Shown: positions 9,373 to 19,681, numbered from the stretch's first letter. The stretch is 64,000 nt of DNA from an uncultured Alphaproteobacteria bacterium (GCA_944392785.1 CALXXW010000024.1:9744-73743), one strand, 5' to 3'. Made by a program: numbers and translations. Notes: generated by a model not told the origin, from the letters alone.

Positions 9373-10335
9373 AAAAGGATATTTCTGAAAATCTTCCGGT
9401 TTCACAAAAATACCCTCGGACAAAGGATTTGTTTGAACCGATAGCGTATAAATGTCCAGTGTTAACTTGACATGTGTGAACACGTGCACGATTTGTTTTC
9501 CCAAAGGAAAGTCTCGACTGAACAAAGGAGACTCTTCTTCATAGCCCCACGGGAACTCAAATAAACCGGATAACAGGCCCTTACCGGATCGTTGACGTAT
9601 TAAAAAGCCGCCTTCTTGATTCTGAACCAGCCATAGGGAACCCTTTTTCTCTTTTTTAGGTGGCTTAACAATCAGCGGAATCTGCTCAGCAATACCCTGT
9701 TGACAGGCCAAGCAATACTGGCGCCAAGGACATATCGGACAAGAAGGTTTTGAAGGAGTACAAACGGTTGCTCCCAAATCCATAATGGCCGAAGCATAAT
9801 CAGCGCCCTTATCCGGAGGGGTAAAGCGCACGGCTTTTTGATAAATTTCCTCCCGCTTAACGGCATGTGTTAAGCCATAAAGACGAGCCATAATACGGAT
9901 AACATTACCATCCACAACCGTTTCGGGCATATTAAACGCAAAGCAACAAATGCTGGAAGCTGTATAGGGTCCTATCCCCGGAAGCTTTAAAAGAGTCTCC
10001 CGATCGGCCGGAATTTTTCCTTGGTATTGTTGCACCAACACCTGAGCACACGCATGGATTTTTTTAGCCCGTGTATAATATCCCAATCCCTGCCAAGCCA
10101 ACAACACTTTTTCCAAATCAGCGGCAGCCAATGTTTCAATGGTTGGGAAAAGCTGCATCCAGCGAACAAAATAATCAACAACTGTTTTAACCGTTGTTTG
10201 TTGCAGCATAATTTCCGAGATCCAAACCGCATAGGGATCAAAATGTGCTCCCCCTTTGACACGCCAAGGCATATCCCGACCGTGATGATAAAACCACGTC
10301 AATAATTCAACGGCACACGTTCTTTCAGATACCAT
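9319..10335 (-). CDS. mutY: A/G-specific adenine DNA glycosylase MutY
   Basis: HhH-GPD core (LPGIGPYTASSI), the 4Fe-4S loop CTPSKPSCPICPWRQYC, and a C-terminal MutT-like domain. Its 3' end overlaps the rluD 3' end by 54 nt (convergent). Confidence 0.9.
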   Translation of the reverse strand: MVSERTCAVELLTWFYHHGRDMPWRVKGGAHFDPYAVWISEIMLQQTTVKTVVDYFVRWMQLFPTIETLAAADLEKVLLAWQGLGYYTRAKKIHACAQVLVQQYQGKIPADRETLLKLPGIGPYTASSICCFAFNMPETVVDGNVIRIMARLYGLTHAVKREEIYQKAVRFTPPDKGADYASAIMDLGATVCTPSKPSCPICPWRQYCLACQQGIAEQIPLIVKPPKKEKKGSLWLVQNQEGGFLIRQRSGKGLLSGLFEFPWGYEEESPLFSRDFPLGKQIVHVFTHVKLTLDIYTLSVQTNPLSEGIFVKPEDFQKYPFSTLMRKVIRLIDTRKRS

Positions 10336-10337
10336 GT

Positions 10338-12155
10338 TTATACGTCATCCGACTGTGATGGCAAGGCAGAAGCGGACGAAGCGGTCGAATCGTTTTTTTC
10401 CGTTTGTTGACCTTTGTTTGTTTTGACAAAGACTTGCAATTTTCGACCGGATTCATCAACATTCAAAAAGACATCTTGTCCGGGCTGTATTCGCTCCTGC
10501 ATAATCAAAAGAGACAGCGGATTTTCAACCTGCTCTTGGATCAACCGCTTTAAAGCCCGCACACCAAACTTAGAGGTAAAGACCTCTTCAACGAACCAGT
10601 CTTTTGCCTTATCATCCACAATGACGTGAAATCCCACGGCCGCCGCACGCTTGAGCAATTTATTCAAATGAATATCGACAATCAAGCGTAAATGCTCTTC
10701 CTTTAACTGATGGAAAGAGACAATATCATCCAAACGGTTCAGGAACTCGGGTCGGAAATAGTCTGTCAGCTTTTCAACGCGCTGATAGCTGGGTAAATTG
10801 GCCCCGACATTTGACGTTAAAATAATAATCGTATTGCGGAAATCAACCGTCACTCCTTTGGAATCCGTCAATCGTCCTTCATCCAATAACTGCAACATTA
10901 AGTTTAAAATATCCAGATGAGCCTTCTCAATTTCATCGAACAAAACAACCTGAAAAGGTTTTAATCGCACGGATTCGGTTAATAAGCCTCCCTGCTCGAA
11001 ACCGGGAGTCCCCGGTGGTGGTCCAATTAATCGTGTCACCGATGTCCGTTCCATATACTCAGACATATCCAGACGCAACAACGCCGTTTCATCGTTGAAC
11101 ATAAAGTCAGCCAAAGATTTGGCCAATTCTGTTTTACCGACACCCGTTGTTCCGATAAACAGAAAAGAACCTATCGGGCGATTAGGATCTTGTAGACCCG
11201 AACGCGCTCGTCGTAAGGCATCTGCTACGACTTTTACGGCATTATCCTGTCCGACAACCCGCTTACGCAGCTCATCTTCCGCCGTTGCCAAACGATGTTT
11301 ATCTTCGGCATCAACCTTCTCTACAGGAATGCCTGTCCAAGCCGATATTGTCCGATTACAAAAATCTGTTTCTAACACCGTTGCATCCGGTGACAGCTCT
11401 CCCTTGGCGATATCCATCATAATCAAGCTGGCAGAGTCATCCAGTAAATCCAAAGCTTTTTCAGGAAAAAAACGTTGTTTGATATAACGCGCCGTCAACT
11501 GACAGGCCACTTTTACCGTCTGAGCCGGAATGGTAATGCCGTAATGCTCCTCAAACTGTTTTTTGCGTGCCTCAACAATGTCAATGGCCTCGTCCAATGT
11601 CGGCTCCTCCAATAAAAGAGGTTGCAGACAAGCACTGACCGCCGTATCCTTTTCGATTGACCCGACATAATGTTGTGTATCCGTTTCAATCATGCAATTT
11701 AATTGATCGCTGACAAGAGCCAATTTTAAAAATTTCGCCGGCTCTTTATTTTCAGGAGACGTTTCCGTTTGAACCAACAAGCTGACATCTTTTAAATACA
11801 GCACTTTTTGATGTTCGCTGGCAATCACGATTTGCATGACGCGCTTCATCAATTCAGCATATTCTTCTTCACTTTTTGTCTCCAGCATCACGCGCCCGAC
11901 ATCAATACCGACCACCTCTTTTTGACGCAAGTAATCCGGTGCACTTTCGGAAGCCATAAAAGCTATCAGACCTTCCATCAAGGCGGTTTTACCAATCCCG
12001 GCGGCTCCGACAACAATGGGATTGTTTCGTGTACTGCGCAATAAAATATGAATTAACCGCTCCAACTCATCTTGGCGACCAATCAGCTCCGTCAATTTTC
12101 CCGAGCGCGCCAAGAGTGTATAGTTAATCAGATATTTTTGCAGATCATCAGCCAT
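10338..12155 (-). CDS. Hsp100/ClpB-like AAA+ ATPase lacking the N-domain and the coiled-coil M-domain. D1 Walker B degenerate, D2 intact.
   Basis: D1 Walker A GAAGIGKTALMEGL, but Walker B reads VLYLKD (canonical ILFIDE). D2 has FLFIGTTGVGKTE, VVLFDEIEKAH, and ClpB-like FRPEFLNRLDDIVSFHQL. No IGF/IGL ClpP-binding loop. Only 605 aa. Confidence 0.75.
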   Translation of the reverse strand: MADDLQKYLINYTLLARSGKLTELIGRQDELERLIHILLRSTRNNPIVVGAAGIGKTALMEGLIAFMASESAPDYLRQKEVVGIDVGRVMLETKSEEEYAELMKRVMQIVIASEHQKVLYLKDVSLLVQTETSPENKEPAKFLKLALVSDQLNCMIETDTQHYVGSIEKDTAVSACLQPLLLEEPTLDEAIDIVEARKKQFEEHYGITIPAQTVKVACQLTARYIKQRFFPEKALDLLDDSASLIMMDIAKGELSPDATVLETDFCNRTISAWTGIPVEKVDAEDKHRLATAEDELRKRVVGQDNAVKVVADALRRARSGLQDPNRPIGSFLFIGTTGVGKTELAKSLADFMFNDETALLRLDMSEYMERTSVTRLIGPPPGTPGFEQGGLLTESVRLKPFQVVLFDEIEKAHLDILNLMLQLLDEGRLTDSKGVTVDFRNTIIILTSNVGANLPSYQRVEKLTDYFRPEFLNRLDDIVSFHQLKEEHLRLIVDIHLNKLLKRAAAVGFHVIVDDKAKDWFVEEVFTSKFGVRALKRLIQEQVENPLSLLIMQERIQPGQDVFLNVDESGRKLQVFVKTNKGQQTEKNDSTASSASALPSQSDDV

Positions 12156-13250
12156 TTACTCATCCTCTTCTACTGCACCGAAGGTAAAGCTTTGACGATG
12201 ACGCAATTCTTTTCCATCAATTTCAGCTTCAAAATAATCCTGATCTTGGATATCTTTATCCTCCAGCACAATATAGGCATTATAGGCCGATCCTTGCATA
12301 GACGCCTGCATATAAGCTTTCTGCGGATCACCCCAAATCAATTTTTCCGAATCATCCGGCAATCCATACGTTTCAAACATTAAATTCCAAAAAGCCTCTT
12401 TGCGCGCTTGTTTTTTAGCCAAGTTTCGCCGCGTAAAATTCAACGAATTATCTCCCTCATTTTCATAGAAAATTTTATAAGAAACATTATCTGTTGCCGG
12501 TGTTGAAAACAGCACCTGCATTTTTTCACCCGCCTCCGGCTTAGCCAGAGTCATCGAAGAAATATATTGCATACCGTCAGCTTGAGCCGCTTCTAAAATA
12601 CACCGTTTAACAGCATCCGGCACCACCACACCTGCCGTTCGGCAACGATTCTCATAATAAGAGGTTCGAAACAAAGGAATTCCCTGCTCTATACGCGTAA
12701 TTTTATACCCGTTTTCAAGTGCTGCCTCTTGAATCTCATCCGGCGTTAATCCCAGTGACATGCCCGAAATATCAAACATAAAGACATCATGCAACTTCCC
12801 GAACAACTCCTCGGCAACCTGAGCGGACATTTGCTTTGTTCGACGAGCGGCTTCAGCCTCTGCGGCACGAATGCGCTCTTCTTCAGCTCGTTTTGTTTTT
12901 TCCAACTCGGCTTTTAATTGTTCCGACAACTGTTCATCATTGGCATTTTCCTTAGTCAAGGCAATCGGACGAGAGGGCTGAGCTTTCTCTGTTGAAAGGC
13001 TCTCTTTTTCAGCAACGGCCGTTGGCGAAGTCGATGCTGTCTGCGCATTTTTCTCCACTTTCCCCAAATTAATTTCGACACGTGGCAGCGGCTCAGGTGT
13101 CACGACCAACTTTTCCAAAGGCTCGGCATTTCGACCGATATTCGGGACACTGGGTTCAAAATCATCAAAAAGCGGTATTTCCACTTCCTGAGCAAAGACC
13201 ACCGTCGACAGCAGCATGACTGACAAAGTAAAAACAATATTTTTCATCAA
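12156..13250 (-). CDS. secreted protein with a central coiled-coil (signal peptide, ~340 aa mature), function unknown. Stop is directly abutting the ClpB-like gene start.
   Basis: Signal peptide MMKNIVFTLSVMLLSTVVFAQE, and a charged coiled-coil stretch EQLKAELEKTKRAEEERIRAAEAEAARR. No recognisable catalytic motif. Confidence 0.5.
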   Translation of the reverse strand: MMKNIVFTLSVMLLSTVVFAQEVEIPLFDDFEPSVPNIGRNAEPLEKLVVTPEPLPRVEINLGKVEKNAQTASTSPTAVAEKESLSTEKAQPSRPIALTKENANDEQLSEQLKAELEKTKRAEEERIRAAEAEAARRTKQMSAQVAEELFGKLHDVFMFDISGMSLGLTPDEIQEAALENGYKITRIEQGIPLFRTSYYENRCRTAGVVVPDAVKRCILEAAQADGMQYISSMTLAKPEAGEKMQVLFSTPATDNVSYKIFYENEGDNSLNFTRRNLAKKQARKEAFWNLMFETYGLPDDSEKLIWGDPQKAYMQASMQGSAYNAYIVLEDKDIQDQDYFEAEIDGKELRHRQSFTFGAVEEDE

Positions 13251-13353
13251 CGACCCCTTTTTTAGCTTGACCTTTTCATCCGAAAAAGATACAAATATGA
13301 TATCATGTTTATAGTTTTAAACAAATTATTTAATAAAAGCAAGGAAAAAAACG

Positions 13354-13944
13354 ATGCTTCATTTTAAATCGGTCGTTGTTTGTTGTGGAAGCCGATCGGG
13401 GCGCAATCCTGCTTTTATACAGGCGGCTCAAAATTTCGGGGAATTGTTGGCTCAAAATCACATACACTTAATTTACGGCGCCGGCGGAACGGGTATGATG
13501 GGCGCCGTTGCAACGGGATGTGAACGAAACGGTGGCTATGTGACGGGAGCAACCATTAAACAGCTCTATGATATTGAACGTCCGGATCTGGCTGTCCATA
13601 TCGACCGAATGGAGGTTTGGAATCGCCTTTATGAACGCAAAGTTTCCATGACAAAACAAGCGGATGCCATTGTTGTTCTTCCGGGAGGATACGGAACATT
13701 GGATGAGCTGTTCGAACTTCTGACACTCAAGCAAATCGGCATCAATAACGTTCCGATCATCTTGGTTAATATGGACGGTTTTTTCAATACGCTGCATCAG
13801 TTTTTATTTGAGTTAGTCGGAGAGGGGTATATCCGGCCGGATCAATTACGTTTGCTGACGGTTGTCAAAAGCATTGAAGAAGTCATTCCGGAAATTGAAC
13901 GCCAGATTGTCTCTACCCTTGTGCAGGAGCCGGAGCCGGCATGA
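13354..13944 (+). CDS. LOG-family protein (cytokinin riboside 5'-monophosphate phosphoribohydrolase-like, TIGR00730)
   Basis: VVCCGSRSG...IYGAGGTGMMGAVA...VVLPGGYGTLDELFE, which are the PGGxGTxxE LOG signature motifs. Confidence 0.85.
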   Translation: MLHFKSVVVCCGSRSGRNPAFIQAAQNFGELLAQNHIHLIYGAGGTGMMGAVATGCERNGGYVTGATIKQLYDIERPDLAVHIDRMEVWNRLYERKVSMTKQADAIVVLPGGYGTLDELFELLTLKQIGINNVPIILVNMDGFFNTLHQFLFELVGEGYIRPDQLRLLTVVKSIEEVIPEIERQIVSTLVQEPEPA

Positions 13945-14711
13945 GACGATATCATTTTGTTTTTTTGATAGGGATTTTGTTTTGCTTGGGAGCCTGCGCC
14001 ACCAAACCAACGGACCCTCTTGCTCTACAGCAGTATGAGGCGAACAATGATCCGCTAGAACCTTTAAACCGTCAGATTTTTGCCTTTAATATGGCGGCGG
14101 ATGAATATGTTTTGACGCCGATAGCCAAAGGTTATCGTTTTGTCATGCCCGAACCCTTACGCCAAGGTGTTTTGAATTTTTTCGCCAATTTAGAGCAACC
14201 GGTTTACTTTGCCAATGCCACTTTACAGGCTGAAGGAAAAGATATGTCAGCGGCATTCCAGCGCTTTATGGTCAATACATTTTGGGGCATGTTTGGCTTG
14301 TTCGATGTGGCCAGCGACATGGAGATTCATAAACCGGACAATGATTTTGGTCAAACATTGGCCGTTTGGGGATGGCACAGTCCCGGACCGTTTTTGGTTT
14401 TACCCTTTCTGGGACCATCTAATCCGCGAGATGCTATTGGTCTTGGGGTTGATTCTTTTGTCTCTCCTTTGGGGTATGCTCTGGATGAAAAATTCTGGTT
14501 AGTTTATGCTGTGACAGGTGTTGAAATGTTTGCCAAATATGAAGATGCCATGGACTTTTTGCATAACATGATGAAAACGTCTACGGATACATACGCCATG
14601 ATGCGCACCATGTCGCAACAAAATCGCCAAAAGAAAATTGATGAGAGTTTGGGAATAAAAGACGAAAAACCGTCATATGATTTTGATTTCCCGGAAGATG
14701 AAGACTTTTAA
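13941..14711 (+). CDS. mlaA: outer-membrane lipoprotein MlaA/VacJ (phospholipid transport)
   Basis: Lipobox LGAC, DPLEPLNRQIFAFN, and the WGWHSPGPFLVLPFLGPSNPRD conserved VacJ core. 4-nt overlap with the upstream LOG gene. Confidence 0.85.
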   Translation: MRRYHFVFLIGILFCLGACATKPTDPLALQQYEANNDPLEPLNRQIFAFNMAADEYVLTPIAKGYRFVMPEPLRQGVLNFFANLEQPVYFANATLQAEGKDMSAAFQRFMVNTFWGMFGLFDVASDMEIHKPDNDFGQTLAVWGWHSPGPFLVLPFLGPSNPRDAIGLGVDSFVSPLGYALDEKFWLVYAVTGVEMFAKYEDAMDFLHNMMKTSTDTYAMMRTMSQQNRQKKIDESLGIKDEKPSYDFDFPEDEDF

Positions 14712-14734
14712 TAGAAATAAACAAGGAGAAAACA

Positions 14735-15337
14735 ATGAAAAAGCTATTGACATTCATCATAAGTATTTTAATATCCACAACTGTGTATGCTACCGTTCCG
14801 GCTATTACGTTTGTGAATGATTTAACGGATGACATCATTCAAAACGTTCTTGAATCCAACAAGTCTCAAGATGAAAAGCTGATCACGTTCAGAACGGCTT
14901 TTGAGAAAGCTCTGGATCTTAAAAGCATCGGGCAATTCGTATTGGGTGTTTATTGGCGGCAGGCTTCCGAAACCGACCGAGAGGCTTTTTTAAAGGCTTT
15001 TATCGACTACACGACAAAAACATGGGCCGACCGCTTTAACATGTATAATGGACAAAAAATTATTTTCCTGGGAACACGGAATGCCGAACGGAATCAGTTA
15101 TATGTTGACAGCCAGATTCAGAATAATCCTCCTGTAGAAGTTATCTGGCGACTACGCCAAAAGAACGGGGACTTCCGAATCATTGACATCATTGTTGAAG
15201 GGGTGAGTATGGCTATGAGCTATCGCAATGAATATAGTGCCTTTTTGCAAGCACATGCCGGGAAAGTGTCCGCTTTAACAAAAGAGCTGGAAGAAAAATC
15301 AGCCTCTTTTCAATTCAGTGACACCACGCAGAACTAA
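14735..15337 (+). CDS. mlaC: periplasmic phospholipid-binding protein MlaC (Ttg2D/toluene-tolerance family)
   Basis: Signal peptide, and the MlaC family pattern DLKSIGQFVLGVYWRQASETDREAFLKAFIDYTTKTW. Lies adjacent to mlaA. Confidence 0.75.
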   Translation: MKKLLTFIISILISTTVYATVPAITFVNDLTDDIIQNVLESNKSQDEKLITFRTAFEKALDLKSIGQFVLGVYWRQASETDREAFLKAFIDYTTKTWADRFNMYNGQKIIFLGTRNAERNQLYVDSQIQNNPPVEVIWRLRQKNGDFRIIDIIVEGVSMAMSYRNEYSAFLQAHAGKVSALTKELEEKSASFQFSDTTQN

Positions 15338-15413
15338 TCCTTTTTAAATCCATCCCCATTAGTTTTAGATGGGGATGGATTGTCTGGATATATTTTTATC
15401 TGTTTCGGCTATT

Positions 15414-15797
15414 TTATTTTGAAGCGGTTTTAGATGCCGCCAAATTTTTCTCAACCGTCTCAAAGAAAAGAGGAATGGATATCGGTTTTGACAAGTAATC
15501 GTCAAACCCTGTTTTCAAAAGCTTTTCGGCATCCCCCTTCATGGCAAAAGCAGAAACGGCCACAATCCTTGTTTTAGCAATACTGGGAATGGTGCGGATT
15601 TGCTGCTGCAAAGCCACCCCCGATATCTCCGGCAGTTGAATATCCATTAAAATCAAGTCCGGCTTTATTTCTTCGGCCAAAGCAACGGCCTTTGTCCCTT
15701 CTAAACACTCGGTAATCTGATGCCCTTTTGTTTTCAATAAATCCGAAAACAAACGCATGTTCATCTCGTTATCTTCTACAATTAAAATTTTGGCCAT
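15414..15797 (-). CDS. divK: single-domain cell-cycle response regulator DivK
   Basis: MAKILIVEDNEMNMRLFSDLL...KPDLILMDIQLPEISG...AVSAFAMKGDAEK...YLSKPIS is near-identical in pattern to Caulobacter DivK. Start taken at Met5 of the tracked ORF (GTG-extended upstream). Confidence 0.85.
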   Translation of the reverse strand: MAKILIVEDNEMNMRLFSDLLKTKGHQITECLEGTKAVALAEEIKPDLILMDIQLPEISGVALQQQIRTIPSIAKTRIVAVSAFAMKGDAEKLLKTGFDDYLSKPISIPLFFETVEKNLAASKTASK

Positions 15798-15864
15798 GTG
15801 TCTAACCACTCCTTTTTTTCACATTTTGCTTGAAAACAATCTTAAAATCAAGTAAAAAAAACAT

Positions 15865-16524
15865 ATGACTCAGATAAACTGCACAAAATGCCCGAGATTA
15901 GCCGCCTACATTGCCTCTATTAAGGCCATTCATCCCGACTACTTCTGTGCGCCGGTTCCGCCTTTTGGTGATCAAGATCCTGAGCTACTGGTTGTCGGGC
16001 TGGCTCCCGGACGCGGAACGAATCGAACGGGACGTCCGTTTACGGGAGACGTGGCCGGAGAGCTGTTATACCCCATGCTGGTAAAATACGGATGGGCCAC
16101 GGGACATTTCGAAGCCAAAAAGGATGATACTATCGTCTTACATCAGTGCCGTATCACGAATGCCGTTAAGTGCGTTCCACCGGAGAACAAACCGATTGGC
16201 AGTGAAATAACGGCCTGTCGCGCTTTATTAAAAGCAGAGCTGGCTCAGATGCCGTCCTTAAAAGCGATTTTATGTCTGGGGACGATTGCGCATCATTCTG
16301 TGATTCGCTCTTATGGATTAAAACCAAAAGACTACCCTTTCAAACACCATGTGCAATACATATTGCCGGACGGGCGGTTATTGGTATCCAGCTATCATTG
16401 TTCTAAATATAACACCAGCACACGTCGCCTAACGCCTCAAATGTTTGAAGACGTTTTCAAGACATTAGCTGCGTTTTTAAAACAACACCCCTGTAATCAA
16501 CAGAAAGAAAATCTGACATCCTAA
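15865..16524 (+). CDS. uracil-DNA glycosylase superfamily protein (family 4/5-like, Fe-S type)
   Basis: N-terminal CTKCPRL, VVGLAPGRGTNRTGRPFTGD (GLAPG variant of the GE[AG]PG motif), and a conserved C-terminal HPS/Y region. Confidence 0.75.
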   Translation: MTQINCTKCPRLAAYIASIKAIHPDYFCAPVPPFGDQDPELLVVGLAPGRGTNRTGRPFTGDVAGELLYPMLVKYGWATGHFEAKKDDTIVLHQCRITNAVKCVPPENKPIGSEITACRALLKAELAQMPSLKAILCLGTIAHHSVIRSYGLKPKDYPFKHHVQYILPDGRLLVSSYHCSKYNTSTRRLTPQMFEDVFKTLAAFLKQHPCNQQKENLTS

Positions 16525-16559
16525 AAAGACCTCTGGTATATCAGAGGTCTTTATTTTGA

Positions 16560-17510
16560 TTACTTTTCGAGACGTGTCATAGATAAAAATTTCTCTTGAC
16601 GTTGATGGACCAACTCTTCCGCACTTAATCCCTGTAATTGCTCCAAATACTTTTGCAAGACAATTCCATAAGCTTCCATTGTTTCCTTCGGGAAACGGTG
16701 AGCTCCACCAATTTTTTCCGGCACAATTTCGTCAATAATACCTAATTTTAACAAATCTGCCGCCGTAATATGTAAAATTTCTGCCGCTTTATTGGCGAAT
16801 TTAAAATCTTTCCATAGGATTGAGGCACACCCTTCCGGCGAGATAACCGAATAAATGGCATTTTCCAACATCAACACAACATTACCGGCAGCCAAAGCAA
16901 TCGCTCCGCCCGATCCCCCTTCTCCGATGATGCCGGCAATCAGGGGAACCTGTAGATTCAAACATGTTTCGATCGACTGTGCAATTGCCTGTCCCTGCCC
17001 TCGTTCTTCGCCCTCCATTCCGGGAAAAGCTCCTGCCGTATCCACCAAGGTAATGACGGGAACACCAAATTGTTCTGCTAATTTCATCAACCGAATAGCC
17101 TTACGATACCCTTCCGGCTTAGCCATTCCGAAATTATGAGCCAATCGCGTTTCCGTATCATGGCCTTTTTCATGTCCGATAACCATAACGGTTCGCCCGT
17201 TGAATCGAGCAAAGCCACCGATAATAGCCTTATCCTCTCCGAAAGAACGATCCCCCGACAAAGGACAAAAATCCGTAAATAACGCGGTAATATAGTCACT
17301 GGTATGCGGACGCGATTCATGACGCGCAACCAATGTCTTTTGCCAAGGTGTTAAATCTTTATAGACTTGCTGTAAGGTTTTTTCTTTTTTCTGCATCAAA
17401 CGCTCTAATTCATCAGCGACATTCACACCGCGCAAAGAGCTACTGACCTTAACCTCTTCAATTCGATTATCGATTTCCAATAAGTTTTGCTCAAAATCTA
17501 AATATTGCAT
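16560..17510 (-). CDS. accA: acetyl-CoA carboxylase carboxyltransferase alpha subunit
   Basis: Strong AccA collinearity (DFLEFDRK-like N-terminus, FGMAKPEGYRKAIRLMKLAEQFGVPVITLVDTAGAFPG, GEGGSGGALA). Confidence 0.95.
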   Translation of the reverse strand: MQYLDFEQNLLEIDNRIEEVKVSSSLRGVNVADELERLMQKKEKTLQQVYKDLTPWQKTLVARHESRPHTSDYITALFTDFCPLSGDRSFGEDKAIIGGFARFNGRTVMVIGHEKGHDTETRLAHNFGMAKPEGYRKAIRLMKLAEQFGVPVITLVDTAGAFPGMEGEERGQGQAIAQSIETCLNLQVPLIAGIIGEGGSGGAIALAAGNVVLMLENAIYSVISPEGCASILWKDFKFANKAAEILHITAADLLKLGIIDEIVPEKIGGAHRFPKETMEAYGIVLQKYLEQLQGLSAEELVHQRQEKFLSMTRLEK

Positions 17511-17606
17511 TTTTTATTCCTTTGAAAGTTGCTTTTTTTCATTATACAGATTATAATGGCAAATGTCCAGTCTTTTACTTTATTTGTCATAAAAAGGAAA
17601 CATGAG

Positions 17607-17915
17607 ATGACGTATACAATGTTTATTTGGTTAATGATTCTCTTCGGCGGCCTGTGGACAATGGCGATGAGTTTTCTGGTTTTTTCATTTTTGACACTCA
17701 AACGTTATCAACATATGATGCGCTTTATTGCTCAACGTTTAGAAAGAATTGAGCACCGTTTGACGCCTCATTCCTCAGAGGGGAAAAAAGAACAAGCCGC
17801 AATACCCCCTTCTGAAAAACAATTTGTTATTTCTAAGGATGAACCCCTGGCCAAATATGCCGATGTCTCTCTGCCCGAAAGTGTTCATATTGACTTTGTG
17901 GATACACATTCATGA
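17607..17915 (+). CDS. small membrane protein (two TM), unknown function
   Basis: MTYTMFIWLMILFGGLWTMAMSFLVFSFL..., with an AAGGAA SD and a 4-nt overlap with the downstream solute-binding protein gene. Confidence 0.35.
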   Translation: MTYTMFIWLMILFGGLWTMAMSFLVFSFLTLKRYQHMMRFIAQRLERIEHRLTPHSSEGKKEQAAIPPSEKQFVISKDEPLAKYADVSLPESVHIDFVDTHS

Positions 17916-19681
17916 AATACTCGTGGTTGCTTGGCGCATTATTATTGTTATCTGTTTCGGCGACAGCCGCTCCCCAATCCGGTATCGCCATGCACGGAAA
18001 ACCAAAATATACCGCAAACTTTCAAGCTTTTGACTACGTCAACCCTGACGCTCCCAAAGGAGGAACACTCAAACAAGCCGCCATCGGCAGCTTTGATACA
18101 TTTAATCCTTTTGTTATCAACGGCGTTGCAGCGGCGGGTATTGGGTTAACTTATGATACCTTGATGAAACAGAGTGCCGATGAGCCTTTTTCGCTTTACG
18201 CCCTCATTGCCGAAAGTATAGAAATTGACACCCAAAGGCATCGCGTTATTTTTAAAATCAATCCCAAGGCTCGTTTCAGCGACAACACACCCATTACACC
18301 CGAAGATGTTGTTTTTTCATTTAACATTTTAAAAGAAAAAGGCCTTCCGACCTATCGCGCCTATTATCAGGATGTTTTACGCGTTGAAGCAACCGAGACG
18401 GATGTGATTTTTTACATAAATCCTCAGGTTTCAAATCGAGAACTTCCCTTAATTTTGGGGGAATTACCCGTTCTTTCCAAGGCATGGTGGCAGGATAAAG
18501 ATTTTACAAAGACCATTCTGACACCACCCATCAGCAGTGGTCCTTATCTCATTGATACGTTTGAGGCCGGCAAATTTATTTCCTATCGTTTGAACCCTTC
18601 TTATTGGGCAAAAGACCTCAATGTCAATCGCGGATACTATAACTTTGACACGATTCGCTATGATTACTACCGAGACGCAACGGTAGCCATTGAGGCGTTC
18701 AAAGCCGGTTTGTTTGATGTACGGATGGAAAACGAGGCCAAAAAATGGGTCACTTTTCAAGATATGAAAGAGGTTCAAGAAGGTCAAATCATCATGCGTT
18801 CCTTTGAACACCACATGCCCCGTGGCATGCAGGGGTTTGTTTTCAACACGCGACGAGCTGTTTTTCAAGATCCCAGAGTAAGAGCGGCATTAGCTTATGC
18901 CTTTGATTTTAATTGGTTGAATACGAATTTATTTTATGGGTTGTATCGGCGAACGAACAGCTTTTTTGAAAACTCTTCTCTGAAGGCCACAGGTTTGCCG
19001 ACGCCGGCGGAGAAAAAATTATTAGAGCCTTGGCGTGATACGTTGCCACCGGAGGTATTTACCACACCTTATACAGCCCCTCAGAATAAGGGAAACATCC
19101 GTTGGAATCTTGAAATAGCTCTTAAACTATTAAATGAAGCCAAATGGTTTGTCCGACAGGGGAAACTGGTCAATGAGAAAAATGAACCGTTCACATTTGA
19201 GATTTTATTGGATGCTCCATCCGCGGCTGCCTGGGAGCGGATTGTTTTACCGTTTGTCGGCCAACTCAAACGATTAGGAATAGAGGCCCGCATACGTATA
19301 GTAGACGCCATTCAATACAAAAACAGGTTGGATAACTTCGATTATGACATGATCGTTTTTGTTTGGGGCCAATCGCTTTCGCCGGGGAATGAGCAGCGTT
19401 ATTTTTGGGGTTCACAAAGCGCTCTGACACACGGGTCCTGGAATTTCAGCGGTATCCAAAACCCAGCCGTTGATGCCTTAATTGAGGCGATTGTCCAAGC
19501 CAACTCACAAGAAGAACTGGAAACAGCCGTCCATGCCTTGGATCGCGTTCTGCTATGGTCACATTTGGTCATCCCTCATTGGCACACACCCTATCAATCA
19601 TTTATCTATTGGAATAGATTTGATATGCCTCAAACAACCCCTATGAAAGGTATGGACCTCTTGACTTGGTGGAAAAAATAA
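17912..19681 (+). CDS. ABC transporter substrate-binding protein, family 5 (YejA/oligopeptide-type)
   Basis: Signal peptide, SBP_bac_5 fold. Long collinear resemblance to YejA-like binding proteins (GGTLKQAAIGSFDTFNPF...LYALIAESIEID). Confidence 0.85.
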   Translation: MKYSWLLGALLLLSVSATAAPQSGIAMHGKPKYTANFQAFDYVNPDAPKGGTLKQAAIGSFDTFNPFVINGVAAAGIGLTYDTLMKQSADEPFSLYALIAESIEIDTQRHRVIFKINPKARFSDNTPITPEDVVFSFNILKEKGLPTYRAYYQDVLRVEATETDVIFYINPQVSNRELPLILGELPVLSKAWWQDKDFTKTILTPPISSGPYLIDTFEAGKFISYRLNPSYWAKDLNVNRGYYNFDTIRYDYYRDATVAIEAFKAGLFDVRMENEAKKWVTFQDMKEVQEGQIIMRSFEHHMPRGMQGFVFNTRRAVFQDPRVRAALAYAFDFNWLNTNLFYGLYRRTNSFFENSSLKATGLPTPAEKKLLEPWRDTLPPEVFTTPYTAPQNKGNIRWNLEIALKLLNEAKWFVRQGKLVNEKNEPFTFEILLDAPSAAAWERIVLPFVGQLKRLGIEARIRIVDAIQYKNRLDNFDYDMIVFVWGQSLSPGNEQRYFWGSQSALTHGSWNFSGIQNPAVDALIEAIVQANSQEELETAVHALDRVLLWSHLVIPHWHTPYQSFIYWNRFDMPQTTPMKGMDLLTWWKK

